Part shown: one piece after another, positions 47,993-63,182 of the stretch
Numbering within the stretch: the first letter of the stretch is position 1
How the letters are laid out: each line of letters opens with the position of its first letter
Source of the DNA: Schmidtea polychroa
Lineage: Eukaryota
NCBI GenBank assembly: GCA_044892525.1
Contig: CM097886.1
Location: 36,456,001-36,520,000, forward strand
Direction: 5' to 3'
Length of the DNA stretch: 64,000 bases
Position numbers and translations under genes: made by a program
The notes under the pieces: model-generated
The model's input: only the letters and a program-made list of their open reading frames with translations
What the model was told of the DNA's origin: nothing
Database searches by the model: none

Positions 47993-49139
47993 CTCAGGTA
48001 CTTTTTCTTTAATCGCAAACAACTATTAAAATAATTAGTATTAACAATTAATAACATTTTCATTTCAACAAAATAAATAAATCAACCGTTTATTTTGAAA
48101 GTGAGACAAGCCCATTTTTTTGTTATAACAAGATATTAAAAGATTTGAGTTTCAATAAATTTAAAAAATATAAATAAATTCTATCAGCCAATTTTTGGTT
48201 TTTTATTTATATATATTGGAGACCTAAATTTTTGCTGACCTTGACTTTTCATATTTGCAATTGAGAATCTTTGAGATATTTGAAAATTTTCTTTTGGAAA
48301 ATTATAGAGAATGTCTAGATCTTAAATTTTGTTGATCTGAACCTTTTCGTATAACATTGAAAAACTGATAAAATCAAGTTTAAGAAGTTATGTTAAATTT
48401 CTAATTTATTATCATTTATCGAATTATTACCCAATGAATTGCTTTATATATGTTTAGGATGGGGTTTGGAAATTTGAGGAAAAGAGCATGAATCCAAAAT
48501 TAGAGAAACTATTATTAATAAGTAGTTAAATGTGAGCTTTCTTACTCATTTCCAGTTTATAAGCTTTTATTGAGGGAATGCCTTGTAGTGTCTTTGACTG
48601 ATGCTTCGAAAATTTTGAAAATTTATTTGGTAATTTATTGGTTGTTTTGAAAAATGTGAAAAAATTGAAAAATAAAAATGTTTTTAATCATGTTTGGAGG
48701 CATAAATCTCTGAGTAAAACAAGGTTTGACTGATTAAAATCTGCCAATTAAATCATTTGGAAATTTCAGAAATATTGAAAATTGATAATCAATTGCCCAA
48801 AATAAATCAACAAAGATTTGATCATATTTACATTAAAGGTATTTCTGATTTATTTTTGCATTTCATTACATATTTGTACCCTCAAAAATCATTAAAATCA
48901 ATACTTTGATGTGAAAAATTTAATATTTTATCAAATTTTTTAACATTTTTACTGTAAACCTCATATTTACTTAACGCAATTTTGCACTTAAAAACTAATA
49001 ACTAACAACCCTGACCATTAGACTATCTACACAACTCTCTACAAGATCGTATATAAAATTTATCAAAAAGTATTGATTTTTTATTTTTGTACTTTTTGCA
49101 CTTCAAGTTTTAAACATGTAAATCAAATATTGTACTATA

Positions 49140-49991
49140 TGTTGAGGATAACTAAATGATAAATGGTATAATAAATAAGTAAATTACCTGGGGGAAATCG
49201 TCATGACAAACGGGACGATCTATGGGAACTCAGAAAAGAAAACGGAAGTAAAAAGAAATGGAAAATGAGAAAGATAAATCAAATAAAAGAAAACAAACAA
49301 GAAATTAAAACAAAGGTCATTGTTAATAAAAAAGTACAAACGAAGGTGGAATTTCAAATTGCAGAAAAACAAAAATATGATTAAAGCCGTATCTGGGCAG
49401 CTTGTCAAAGATTGCGAAATGGCAGGAAAAGTCGGCACAACACGAAAAAAGGAAAACAAGGCATATCTAAAAATCTGTCAGAGATAAGGCTGAAGTAGCG
49501 GGGAATACAGAGGAAAAAAGAAAATGGAAAAAGGAGATACAAAACTAAAGTCAGAAAAGAGTCAAAAGAGACAAACGAGAGTTAGAAAAGTGGTTAAAGG
49601 ACAGAAGAGAATTGGTGATAATAAATAATTAATTTGGAGAGTGAGGAGAATATTTTGTGGACTTAGTAAAAAGGTGAAAGTGAAGTGAATAAATTGGTGG
49701 TCAAAGCAAATGGAACAATCGATCAACGTACTCTGTAATTGAGTGGTTGGCAGCTAGTGATTATTGCTGTGGTTACAGAAAGGGCTATTCTTCACGTAGT
49801 GTCGCAATAAGCTCTACGTGATTAATTGGTTTAGATTTAATTGGTTGTAATTGGAATTTGTACGATCTAGTGTGAATATTAATAAAGCTTATTTTGTTTG
49901 GGATTTTAAGTTGTGAATTAATAAAACACGCTTTGGAGTCAGAGTAAAAGTTTGAATTTATAAATATTGCCACCAACCCAATAACCCAACA
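49140..49991. mobile_element. Solo LTR, copy 2
   Basis: TGTTGAGGATA...CCCAACA with a 4-bp TATA duplication on both flanks. Homologous to the copies at 7628 and 62241. Confidence 0.7.
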
Positions 49992-52900
49992 TATATATGG
50001 TATTATAAGAAGTTTTTTCAATAAAAAAATTGAAAATATTTTAATATCATTCGACTTGCAACCAAACGCTTTACAAGATCATATCCAAATATTATCAAAT
50101 TTATTGATTTCCAATATTTTCACTTTAACATACAGCTAAAATTACTTATCAAAATGATTTTATTCCATCGAACTGGGCATTAAATTCCATAACAGGACGG
50201 TGTATGGTTTATAAAAATTATAAATTTTGTTTTTCGTGTAATTTTTATTTTTAATTATTAATATTTCAGCATCAAATTATCTATTATATAATAATTTTTC
50301 TACCTATTAGCAATAACTATTAAAAGATTTCAAATCATCAATTCAATCATTATTAGAACTTGTTGAACATATTGACCAAGTATTTCTACTTGAAAGACAT
50401 TAGAAACAAGCATTTGCACTGAAATATGAAAAATATGAAGTTTATACATGTGAAGTCTATACTTGTGATGTCTAACTCAAAGATTTTATTTTTACCTGGA
50501 TTTGATTATCTTTCGATGAAGATATGAACAAGACATGGTCATCAAAATAACTTGTCTCTGGAATTAGAATACATTAGCAAAAAAATCTCAAAGCATCAGC
50601 CAAGAACACTGCAAGCTATTCCCAAAATAAGAACTTAATAACTGGAACTGAATTAAAAAGCTAACATTTATAATAATTAATAGTTTGGTTCATTTTGAAC
50701 TCTTACTTTTAAAATCAAATGTTTTATGATTAAACTTTTCATTTTCCTTATATAAATCTTATTCATACAAACAAGGAAATAAAAATGCTTCTTTTTTGTA
50801 TTTTTTTCTCTATTAATTGCTGAATTTGTTAATCAACGTTGCAAATTACCTGTGAAACTGTTACGTATTATAAAACTATAGTTTTTATAAAAATTCTTAA
50901 TTTTCTTTCTTTTCAGGTCTTCATAATATTCTTATTAGTTTTATTATTATTTGCTTTATAAAAGATTTATTTTATAATCTGGATTTCCTTTACTCAGATT
51001 GAGTTTTATATAAATATATTTTAAATTATTTTTCACTCTACGCCAATAATATAATAATAAATTATAGAATATTACAATTCTAAAGTTTAATTTTTAATAT
51101 ATTGATTTAAATGAAAAATATTTTGAGTTAATTTAAACAAATGAAACAAATATTATAATACAGAAAAAAATACAATTTGAAAATTTTTTAATTCATCGGT
51201 CGAACATTGGAATAAAATCACTTTGATTAATGTGCAATACTTACCAAATTTGAATTAGTAAAACAACTCAGACGTTAAAACAGTAATTGTTTTTCCATTC
51301 TCAGACATATAAATTTCGAATTGATATCGATTTTTCTTCTAATATTATCAATTAATGACTTTTCTAAAAAATTAAAACTCTAAATATATATATATATATG
51401 CTAGCCAAAAAAATTTTATTCGAAGAATTATCTGTATTTTATGACTTGGGTGTTGGAATCAAAATTTTATTTATTGATTTTTAGAATGAAAACCGTTGAA
51501 ATTTTTTATTGAAAAAATTCTAACGGAAATTGCAAATCAGAACTTAAAAAAAACAATCTTAATAAAGGTTTAGTTGATAAAAAACATTTTTTATATAGTC
51601 TATCTTTTACTGCAATTTTTCACAATTTTTCTTATGACCAATAACTTTAAATAATTAATAAATCTATAATAATTTATTAATTAAAAAATTGTTTGAAACA
51701 TTTTTATTAAAGATTTGAACATTCCAACGTACTTTCATTTTTCTATTAACATATTCCCTTTGAAAAAACAAGAGATACAATATTATTCAATTTAAACTTT
51801 ATAAGACACACACTTTCAATATGCAGAATGGGTCAGATAAAAGAAATTAATTTTGGGGGGGGGGACAATATGTATATATTTTTTTAAAGGTTGGGGAAAA
51901 TAGGTATAATTCAGTATCATACAAATATAATATACACAAACAAAACTTGCATTTTGTTAAAAAATTGTCAGACATCCCACGAAAATTAAACGTTAAAGGT
52001 AATCATATACTCTTTCAAAAAGTTTCTATGTTTCGACTAATTTTTATTAATATGCATAGGTGAATATGATTTTTGATACGACATATTTGCAAGTTTACAG
52101 ATTTTCTGTGACAAAGCTAAAAAGAAACTAATGTGATATTCAGTGTACAAGGCAAGGTATGCAATAAAGTATACAGCCTTTTGTATAGTAATGATGAGAG
52201 CCAAAAACTCGAAACTTGTCTACTATTGGGACCTACACTGGATATCACAAACAAAGCTTGCGTTCTTTTTTTATAAACACTTGCATTGTAAGATTGGAAA
52301 GTTTGTAAATTTTTCCATATATTTTAAGTGACAGTGTTCACATTAGTATTATATTACGCAAGGGGTTTAAACCTTTAGGATGGCGGAACAAAATTTCAAA
52401 ATACATCTACGCAGAATATTTAAGCGGACATCACATTATATACTTGTTATGATGTTAGAACAAAGATAATTAAAAAATATATAATTATAATGTTTATTTT
52501 TGAGGCTTCAGAATAAATTGTTTTTGCTTTATTTCTTTCACATCAAGTCCTTTATCTTGGGTTCATATGATAAATAATCGAGAAAATTCTTTTGCAGTTT
52601 GATGAACTTCCTAACAGTGAAGTGATCTTATGAGCATGCTTTTAATATTGCAAAGTCTTAATGATTGTGTTTCATAAAATTATTATAAAACTATTATTAT
52701 GATAAGATGTCTTTATTTTCAATGAGTTTCACTTGAAGATTTGCATGTGTATTTACTGGGTTAAATAGAATTATTTTCATTTGTAATTCTTAAAATAAAA
52801 TTCTCGAACGTATAAGATTATGAAGCAGATGTGATGAGTTACCACGACTGACTACAAAATCCGGAAAGGGCAAAATTTGCATCTAATGTAATAGGAATAC

Positions 52901-53710
52901 AATCATATATTATGAGCCCCTATCAAAGAAGTAGACCATTGATTCCAAATTTTGTTGTTAACAATTAGGATGTACTTAAAAAGCAAAGAAAAGTGTCCTA
53001 AATTTAAGATGCAATGTTTCACCATGAAAATATTAGAAAATACATCATGGTGAATACTTTAAAATATAAAAGAGTTTCAGTGATGTATGCGAATAAAAAA
53101 GTCTCACAAGCTGTGATTTATTACATTCAATTATTACAGTTAAAAATAAGAACTTTTAAATTTATAAAGGTCTATAAATCTGAAATAAAGAAAACTTTTG
53201 GAAAGTATTGTTAGTTCAACCTTATTAAACTTTCCAATAAAGGGGGAAAGATTATCAGCATAAATGGAATGTTATATAAATAAATTTTACTTTTATTTAA
53301 ATAATTATTACCTTATCATTAAAATTCATTATAAACTGACCAAGACAGCTAATATTTATGTCTTTCCTAAAATTTAGAAAATTTGTCATTTATGACTGTT
53401 TTAACTTTCGAATTTTTATAAAAGTACAATTAAAATAACTACTACTATAACATAAAAATTTTAGTTTGTTAACTAAATTTCAATATAAAAAATATTTTAA
53501 TTAAAATTTAAATTAATTAATTTATAAATGTGTTGCTGTCAATATAAAAAAATGTCAAAAAAGTATTAAAAACCATAATTTAAAACAGCACTAACCAAAC
53601 ATAACATTGACAAAGTGACATAGAATTTAGTATAATTTTTATTCATAAAAAGTTCTACTTTAAATAAATTGACAAATAATAAAAATATAATTAATAATTA
53701 AATACTAATT

Positions 53711-53918
53711 NNNNNNNNNNNNNNNNNNNNNNNNNNNNNNNNNNNNNNNNNNNNNNNNNNNNNNNNNNNNNNNNNNNNNNNNNNNNNNNNNNNNNNNNNN
53801 NNNNNNNNNNNNNNNNNNNNNNNNNNNNNNNNNNNNNNNNNNNNNNNNNNNNNNNNNNNNNNNNNNNNNNNNNNNNNNNNNNNNNNNNNNNNNNNNNNNN
53901 NNNNNNNNNNNNNNNNNN
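53711..53918. other. Assembly gap (N run)
   Basis: Run of N. Confidence 1.
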
Positions 53919-54429
53919 TAAATTGAAGCATTATATTTAAAAAATATACATTAGATTTTTATTTCAAAGATAAATTTCAGATTATTTGTTTTTAGGATTT
54001 GGCAAATGAATTTGACATGCAATCTTTCATTTTAATTTTTTAATAAGTTCTTTAAATTAACTTTCAATTAGTTAATTAAATTTTTTAATATCTTCTTTAG
54101 ATAGTTAATCAATGGATTGTTTTTCATTTTCCAGTTAGTTATTTTATTAGTACAATTTCGATTGTTTTTATTTTAGAGAGAATAATGGAAAATTAAATTA
54201 AACATTAATTAATTTAAAGTAAAATAGAAGTTTCGAAAGCTTTATATTGTTCTATAACTTTGATTCGGCACTCAAAATTGCACTTAATGATTTTTGAGAA
54301 TCTTATAATAAAAGGTATTACGTAAGTTACAAACAGTTTATTATGTCAAATATACGAATTCTTGTATCATAAAACCTCATAATAATATTTTTTTGTTTTA
54401 TTAATGAGTTATTGATTTAAATAAATTTT

Positions 54430-54600
54430 TGATACCACACTTTTTAATGCACATTTTAATTGTAGCTTTCACAAAAGAAGTGATATAATTAATTTTTTTA
54501 ATCAACATGGCATTAATCGTAGCTATTCACCCCCGTATTCTCTACAGCTAAATCCTATAAAGGAATATTTTAGACACTTTAAGTCCAGGTTAAATAGCCA
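54430..54600 (+). pseudogene. Tc1/IS630-like transposase remnant
   Basis: SFHKRSDII...SPPYSLQLNPIKEYF resembles the conserved PPYSPxLNPIE motif. Confidence 0.55.
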
Positions 54601-57600
54601 AGAGAATATTATAAGCAACCGAAATGATTTTTAATTTAAAATTTTAGAAATACTGAGTGAAGAGTTTGTAGATTTTTCCGGTTGGTTCAGGAATATGCGT
54701 AGGTATGTAGTAAAAGCTTTATTAAGACAGGATTTTATTTAATAAATAGTTATATGGCTCTAAAGTATATTATGTAATAAAATGTTTTATTTAATGATCT
54801 ATGTGTAATATATACATATTATGTGTATTTAAGCTCAACATTTTTTTATTAAATATTTTGTAAATAATACTTTTTGTATTTTATTTTTTATTCAAAATTT
54901 TATATATTAATGAATAATTTTGTATATATTAATGAATAAACCTGTAATTTATCCAAATATTTTTTGAAGAATAATTCTTTAGTTTGTATAGAAAATTAGG
55001 AGCTGCCATACAAACATTTAAAATGGTTATATGTAATTTTAAATAATTAATTTTTAATTTTAAATAATTCTTGTAGTACATAAAATGTGTAGAATATGGA
55101 AAATTAAAAATAACAATAATGCTGTTTTTGTAGGTTTGATGTGGAGAATATTATATATTTAACGAATATGACCTCATTACACAAATTTCTCAGAAAATTT
55201 ATACTAAAGCGATTTCTTGTTTGAAATTTTGAATATTTTCCAAATCCAACTTATGGTTTTCTTTAGTTAAATATATAGTTTTTATAATAAAATAAAATTA
55301 CTTACTTTTTATCAAAGGTTATTAAAAAAGATTTTTAAAAAAATGACACAGATTTATCCATGAATATCAATAGCAATTGTGATAGTTGATTTCATAAAAA
55401 CGCATTAAAAACTTTACTATTAAAATTGTAATATTAAATTTTCTGTTGATTATATAGTTAAGAGCAATTAAATTCAGATCTTCTTCAACCATAATTTATT
55501 AAATTACAAAATTCAAATTCTTTCAATTTTTTTTTAATATTCAAACAACTGAGGCATTTGCAATTTTGACATTATTACAGATATATGTCACATATTTGTT
55601 CATTTATTTCCATATAAAATGTACAAAATATGAATTATTATTTCAATTACAGTAACTTCCTGATATAATAAAATGTGTTTTTCCTAATAACCAGACAAGC
55701 GCTATTTCTCAACATGAATTTTACTATATCCGGAAAATACTGTAATTAAATTGAATTGAATTAGTTTATTTAACAAAACTAGTATAATGCATTTGACACA
55801 AAAAATATGATATTAAAGACGTTTACATGTTCCAGTTCAACAGAGGCGATTAAGTTTCGAATGAAATGTTAATGTTTGTGACTGAAAATATTATTTTCGG
55901 TAAATTAGTACAAATATTAACATATTTATAACAAAAGACTAGAAAAAATATACAATAATCTAAAATGAATAAAAAATCAAAATAAATTTAAGTTGAAAGA
56001 AATCATACACATCAAATCTTCATATAATAAAATATTACAAATAAAAAAAAGTAATTCTTAATAAATGTTGCAATTATTAATTAATTCTAATGAATAATTA
56101 CTGAGTTGTAAATAAATATTTTTAAAGGTTTCTCTGATTTTTTTTCTAAATGAAATTAGTTAACATTTATGGTATCCTTCTTCGAATTAATTTGGCTTGG
56201 AAAAGTTGATTTTAATACGTCTGGATATTTATTAATTCTTAACTTTAAGGTTTACTGCATCCACATGGTTCCATATAGTGGTTAATAAAGTCTCACAATT
56301 TCGCTAATCACTTTTGGAATATAAATAAATTTCATTAAACATAATATATAGTGAACGAAAAATTAATCTTTTAACATGGGATTTATGTCAACAGTAAAAT
56401 TCATGTCAAAGTGAAAAGTGAGACGGGTACCAGTTACAGAGAAATTCTAGTATAGAAAATGATGCAATTAATTAAACATTGTTACCAAATGGTGCTCTTT
56501 TGCTACATACAATAACATACTTTATTTTAAATAATAGAAGTTCGGTTTAAACAAATTTTTAATTACAGTAATCATCGAGAATATTATTCGAAATTTGGGA
56601 ATACAAAAGAGCATTTGTTTCAATTCCATTTTTATAAAGTCTTCATGAAATAAATTTTCTGTCATTTGGAAAATTGTAATTTTTGATAAATGAATATACG
56701 AATAATATGAATGTCTAAAATTATAAACGATAAATTAAAAGCAGATTCGATATCCATATTTCAAGAAAAGTGGAAAGACGTGAAAGAAAATTATAATCAC
56801 AAGTTCATAAAAGTATTTTGAATTAAAAAAAAAGACCAGAAAGATTATATAGAAACGTCTTAACTTTTCTTAAATATAGTGAAAATATCAAAATATTAAA
56901 CGCCAAAAATCAAATAACTGAATTTTTACACTAGTTTATTTTGATATTTTTGGAATAGATGACAAGTTATAAAGCTATAAAGATATAAAGTTATTTCTAC
57001 AATAAGTTAAATATTTAAATAAAATTTAAATATAAATTCACTTGAAAAAGGCAGCGCCGAATATTCATGAATATCAAAAACATTGATTTATTTACTGATT
57101 CATATTCCAGCTTTTTTAATAAATACAATGGAATCAATTTCTTTCATAAAATTGAGAAATGTTTGATAATATTTACAGTTTCAGATTTAACTTATTGAAA
57201 TAGTCTCTGATGTCAGAAAAGTAAGTTTTAAACAAAAATACCGTTATATATTAAACTAGTTAAAAAACTTAATAGTGACTGATATAGGGATGTAATTGAA
57301 AGTCAAAACAAAGTTTTTATTCTGCCTTTCATTTCTAAAATTCTATCTGTGGTATTTCATGTAAACATTCATCGTAATGATTTCTTAATTAATTTTATTC
57401 TTCATGTTACGTTTTTAATGTTTCAATAGGAAAGATTTTGAATTTGACTCTTCCTCGTTTAATCAAATAAAAAGACCCAACTATATTAAAACTTTATTTA
57501 AATTACACAATTGCTCAAATCTATTAAATTATTTTCTTTACAGATAGGTAACACTTCCCAGAGAAAGGATGCCTTTTGTTTCAAAAGGATGATAAGTAAC

Positions 57601-58040
57601 GCTATCGCTTCGTATATATATATATATATATAGCTGTTTTCCTTTACAACTCGTCAAAATTCTTCATTAAATTTTGTTGAATTCTAACCTCCGCTTTAAA
57701 AGTCATATCATGTCAGAAAAAAATACATTATAAAACCAAAATAAAACAGGATGAATTTTATTATAATTCATTTCTCTCTTCGAATACTTCAAAACTAACT
57801 GCTCAAGTCTTCTAAGGGTTGGATTAAATAAATCAAAATTGTATTAAATGTGCATTAAATAATATAGCTGAATATACCTAATTAATTTCTCCAATAGTTT
57901 ATCTAATTTAATTAAAAATTAATTCCCATATTTTCTTGTGAAATAGGAATTTTTTAAAATAAATTCAATAATTTATACTTTAAACAATTTTATAAATTTA
58001 AATTTTTACTAAAATCTTTTCATTTTCCAAAGCCTTTTAA

Positions 58041-58271
58041 ACCTTTCAATACGATTTTTTTAATTTGGAAACATCTAGACTGACAAAATTTTATAGAAAA
58101 GAAAAAAGCAGATAGCAAACAGCAACAAAACAGACAGGTTTGGACTTGTTTACGAGTCCATGACCGTATAGTACTAAAATCCCAAACCCCAATGCATTTG
58201 TAAGCATTTAAAATATTTTAGTAATTATTAGAAATTCTCTGGGACAATATGTCCCTACAGTATTGAAAGGG
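58041..58271. mobile_element. piggyBac-like MITE
   Basis: TTAA-ACCTTTCAATAC...GTATTGAAAGGG-TTAA. Confidence 0.6.
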
Positions 58272-61200
58272 TTAAACCAAAATAAAATTGTTAATATATA
58301 GAATTTTGAAGGTTTTATTATGATTTATTTTCTAAAATGTATTACAAATATATATTTAAAATAATATATATTTTTACTAATTAAAATTATTATAAAAAGT
58401 TAATTCTGTTATAATTATAAATTATAGTTAAAAGTACTCTTAATTTGTTAAATGTATTTGTATTGTGTTGAATTATTATTTTTTTATGGATATATTGAGT
58501 AGAACAGGTTTGACAATCCATTTGGGTAAGCCATCTCAAAATGAGAAAAGGTACTAAGAAATTAAATTATTTTACATTATTTTAGAACAATCTCTTAAAA
58601 CTGTTTATAAAGCTGTAATATATTTTATTTCATTACCCACTAGCTTATTTGAAAATTATGAAAACCAAAAAAAAAACGAATTTGTTAATTATTAAAAACA
58701 CCTTTCATGGTAGTTCGAGTATTAATAGTATTCATAAATTATAATTTTAAAACATTCCAAAAAATACTTTTTATAAAAACTAATCTTTTTTAATCAAGAG
58801 GTTTTTTATAATTATGTTCATAAACTTAACAAGATTAATTTTCAATTCATTCGATCAAACCTATTACTCACTCATACTGTATTTAATTAATTGTTATAAA
58901 TTATGAATTTTTTATTCTTTTAAAATTTATAAAAAATGTTATAATGCAATATTATGAAAATTTTTAGTTTTCTAAAATTTACAAAAATGTTTTAATTTTT
59001 AAAAGTATTAATGTTCTATAAATTTAATGTTAACAACTTTCCTACATTAATTATAATATCACTTTATTTGTTTTCATTCTTTCTATCGCAAAATATTTCA
59101 GCATTACATTTATCCATGACAATTTTTTAAATGTAAATTGTCAATATAATTTTTAAATATTAAATTAAAAATTTTAAATTGATAATATTCTATAAATAGA
59201 AAAGCCAAATTAATTGTAAAATAAATTTTCCCCAGCAAACAAGGACTCATTCTAATAATTTATGAAGTTAAATAAATAAATATAAATCAATTGTGTTTAA
59301 ATTCATTCCTCACTTTTGTTTTCTAGGAAAATAATTTGCTAATAAATTCAATTTGTAGAAAAAACAAAATCAATAAAGAGAACATCAAGCAATGCCCCTG
59401 CCATTTGTTTACTGGCGCCCTATTGTAATAGAATTGAAGTTAATGCCTACATGAATTATCATAGAGAAATGCAATAATAAATCTCACCGGCAGTTAATCC
59501 GCCAACTATCTCGTTGGAAAATCAAGTTTCCTTGTTTTATTTCTAAACCGGATATTAATGATAATGTTCAAATAATTTTCCCTTAGTTCCGCTTTTGCTT
59601 TGATCTGCTTATCAAAACATTATGCTAAACAGAGAATATTGATTTGTTTGTTTTATCACATTAATGATTTTTTTTTGTAAATTGAAATTAGAATAAATAA
59701 TGCACTGGAAATCTGTTTAATTGTTAATTAATTGGGTGATAATATCGTCAGTTTGGTTAGTAGAATATTTATTGACATATCGAATTGAACGGAAAACTTT
59801 TTCCATTTTGTCTCTGGATTTCGCATTCTCTCAAGAATATTTATTTAACAATTGTCAGAATTGAAATTATGTTTTGTTAAAAAAATTTAATAATAATTGC
59901 AAATTTTGTTTTTAATGTTTTATTAAGTATTTTCTCAAAATAACATTTAATTTAAATTTATAAAATCATTTAAAAAAAATCAATGTCAATTGAAAAAACA
60001 AAATGTGAATTAAATAATAATAATACAATATTTTTGGAAATTAACAAATTTTATATGTTGTCAAGTTAATGTAAACATTAGTCATAAATTTTTTAGGTGG
60101 AACGAATTAATAAATAAATAAATTACAGAATGATTGTTTAATAATTAAATAGATCAACTGGTAAATGAATACTGAATGATTCATAATTTCATGTTAGTTA
60201 TAATGTCATTCACGCTTGAATTTTATTGGATAAAATTTTATTGGTGTCTTTGACTAACAAATCAAATGTTTATCTATAAAATGAAACTTATTGAGGATAT
60301 AAAAAAAGGTTCAAATCAAATAAAATACCTTAAGCAACTTTACAAATAAATAATAAAGAATAAAATAATGTAATGATATGAAATATCTAAGAAAATTTAC
60401 TAATTTATCATGTAAACCACATTAATCTTTAGAATATGCAAATATTTGACAGATAATGATATAATTTTTCAATAAATTACAAAATATATGTAAATATTTG
60501 TGAAACACCTATAACTAAACAGATATTATTAAAGAAATATTAATTGATATTTTGTAAAGAAATTAGATGTAAGAACTATTTGTAGCATGAGTTATTATTT
60601 AATTAGTTGATGCTTTGTTAACAAAACTGGCCAGGTACATTTTCAATTCAATTCGATCAACGAATACTGTTCTCATCCCAATAAAAGAAATGAAAACTTA
60701 AACCAAACTATATTTATTTTAAATTTTTTTATTTCAAATCAACAATGAATTTTAACAAAAATAATTATATAGAAATAAAATTTAAGGTGGTGCAATAAAT
60801 ATAAATCAAGAAAATTGTATTTCTGTATAGTTTAAACTAAGTAAAAAAATTTCAATCAAATATATTAATATAGCTAAGAATAATTATTTCTCAAAGCTAA
60901 ATAATTTAAATAATATGAATTAATTTTCACAGCTAATTATATGAGGAAAAGAAAAATCAAAGGAAAATATAATGTCAAGTATAAAGACAGACGTATTTTT
61001 TTCAGCATTCATATACACTTTTCAATAAATGTTTTTATATATAAACGATATTTTATTATATTATATTATGATTTCCAATTAAGAAACCGATATTTATTTC
61101 ATTATTTATTAATTACATTTAATTTAAATTTAATACACATTTTTACGGTGTAGTAAAAGCCTTGAAGGTTGCAATATAATACTATTATAAAACTATTATA

Positions 61201-62240
61201 TGATAATTTGTTATGGAAACCTTTTAATTAAAATTAGTTAATTAAATCTAAGACGAAATTCCTTTGGCACGAATCAATAGAAACAAGTAACTACCGTGAA
61301 AAATAAATATAGAACAAATAATAATTAAAGTTAAAACATAAAACATTTAATTAATTAATTAAAATAGTAATGATATTTCATTAGAGGCCAAAGACCAAAT
61401 GTGAAGCAGTTCAGTGAATATTGCGTAATTCAATACAATGTGTTAGTTATTGCGCAATATACATTACTATTTAAGAGTGATTACTTTGTGTTAATGAATG
61501 ATAAATCTTTAGATGGATCCGATTGTTGTAACTAAAATAATTTTGACATTAATCAAATCCAAATTTCTAAAAAGAAAAGTAGTTAATTAAATTTTAAAAT
61601 GACCACTAAGTCCTCTTAATTTAATTAGTTTAACTTCATCTTGAAAAGATGATAAATTTTCACAATAAAAATATTATATTATATAAGTAATTAAAAATTA
61701 TTTTTAATTATTTAAAATTTTGTTTATTTTTTAAATACAAAATTATGGTTCTATTTAATTTACGTTTTGTGTATATTTTTTATATAGAAATTTTGCGAAT
61801 AAAACTATGGGTATTTATTTTTCATTTCTCACTAACATTTGCTAGCCTTCTTTATTATTGGACCTTACTTAATATTAATTTTGGTAATGACACATACACA
61901 CTTATTTTATGGATAAGTTATATTTTATTTATATTAGAATAGAAATATAATAAATATATTTATATCATATTTTACATTTAAGTCAAAGTTAGGGTTGATT
62001 CTATATCAAATAAGGCAAGCATCTTAAACTTAACCTTTACTATTTTATTAATTATAAGTAAGTTAAAAAAACTCATAATATTCATCATTACCAAGAATTG
62101 ATATTTGCTTTGCAAGATAAAATAAAAGTGGAATTTTTGACAAATACTATAAACACACCATATTCACTAATGAAAAGTGTACAAAGTAATTGTTTTCAAA
62201 TAAGATGTAAATTATAGGTGAAGAAAATTTGCATTAAAAA

Positions 62241-63182
62241 GTTGAGGATATCAGAATGAGAAATAATATGAAAAATAAATAAAATTAACTGGGAAAATTG
62301 TCATGACAAACGGGACGATCTATAAGTACGCGGAGAAGAAGATGGATGTAAAAAGAAGCAAGAGATGAGAAAGATAAATCAAACAAAAGAAAGCAAATAA
62401 AAAATTAAAAAAAAGGTCATCATTAATAAGCATGTACAAAGGGGGGAAAATGAATTTTAAATTCCAAAAACAAAACAGGAGAAAATTTATATCTTGAGGG
62501 CTTGTCACAGATATTGAAAGTTTAAGAAGTGTCGGCCTAACAAAAAAGGGAAAAAGCAAGGCATATCTCGACATCTGTCAGAGATAAGGTAGGGACAGTG
62601 TAAAATACGGGAAGGAGAAAAATGGAAAAAAAATTATCTCAAGTACTGTAAATGTAACAAACTGTAAAAAGGAAAGATATAGAAACCAGGCAGAGTTAAA
62701 AAGGGGAGAAAAGGGAGAGTAAAAGGAGAGTTAAAAAGTTAAATAAAAGAGTCTACAAGTGGAGGAGAAATTTGGATTTGGTTTGAACTTAAAGTAGCCA
62801 AGAAGAGATATTGGAGTGGAAGCGCAACGGGAGCTTTGAAAACCTAATATAAGAATGCAAAGGAAGTGAAGAATTGTGGTCAAAGTAATAGAGCAATCAA
62901 GCAACATATCCTATGATTAAATCGATCAAAGATTAGTGATTATTATTGTTATTGGCAAAATTGTACACAGAGAGCTATTCTTGACGTAGTGACGTAATAA
63001 GCTTTGGATAATTTTATATACTAGAATTAATTGGCCATAATTGCAACTTGTACAATCTATTATGATTAAATAAAGGTTTAAATTATTCGAGAATTGTTAA
63101 TTTGTGAATTGATAAAACACTCTTGGAGTCAGAGATGTGAGTGTGTATTTATAACTCATCACCGATTATAAAAAACCCAACA
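62241..63182. mobile_element. Solo LTR, copy 3 (most diverged)
   Basis: (A)GTTGAGGATA...CCCAACA with AAAA on both flanks. Shares GTCATGACAAACGGGACGATCTAT and GCATATCTCGACATCTGTCAGAGATAAGG with the other copies. Confidence 0.6.

Noticed and set aside
45248-48000. TSD for the large hAT element
   Set aside because: The flanks TTGACTAG and CTCAGGTA do not match, and the integrase does not resume on the far side. An adjacent deletion is likely.
16281-53931. ORFs containing long X runs (16281, 16339, 35415-35768, 53698)
   Set aside because: They are artefacts of translating through N gaps.
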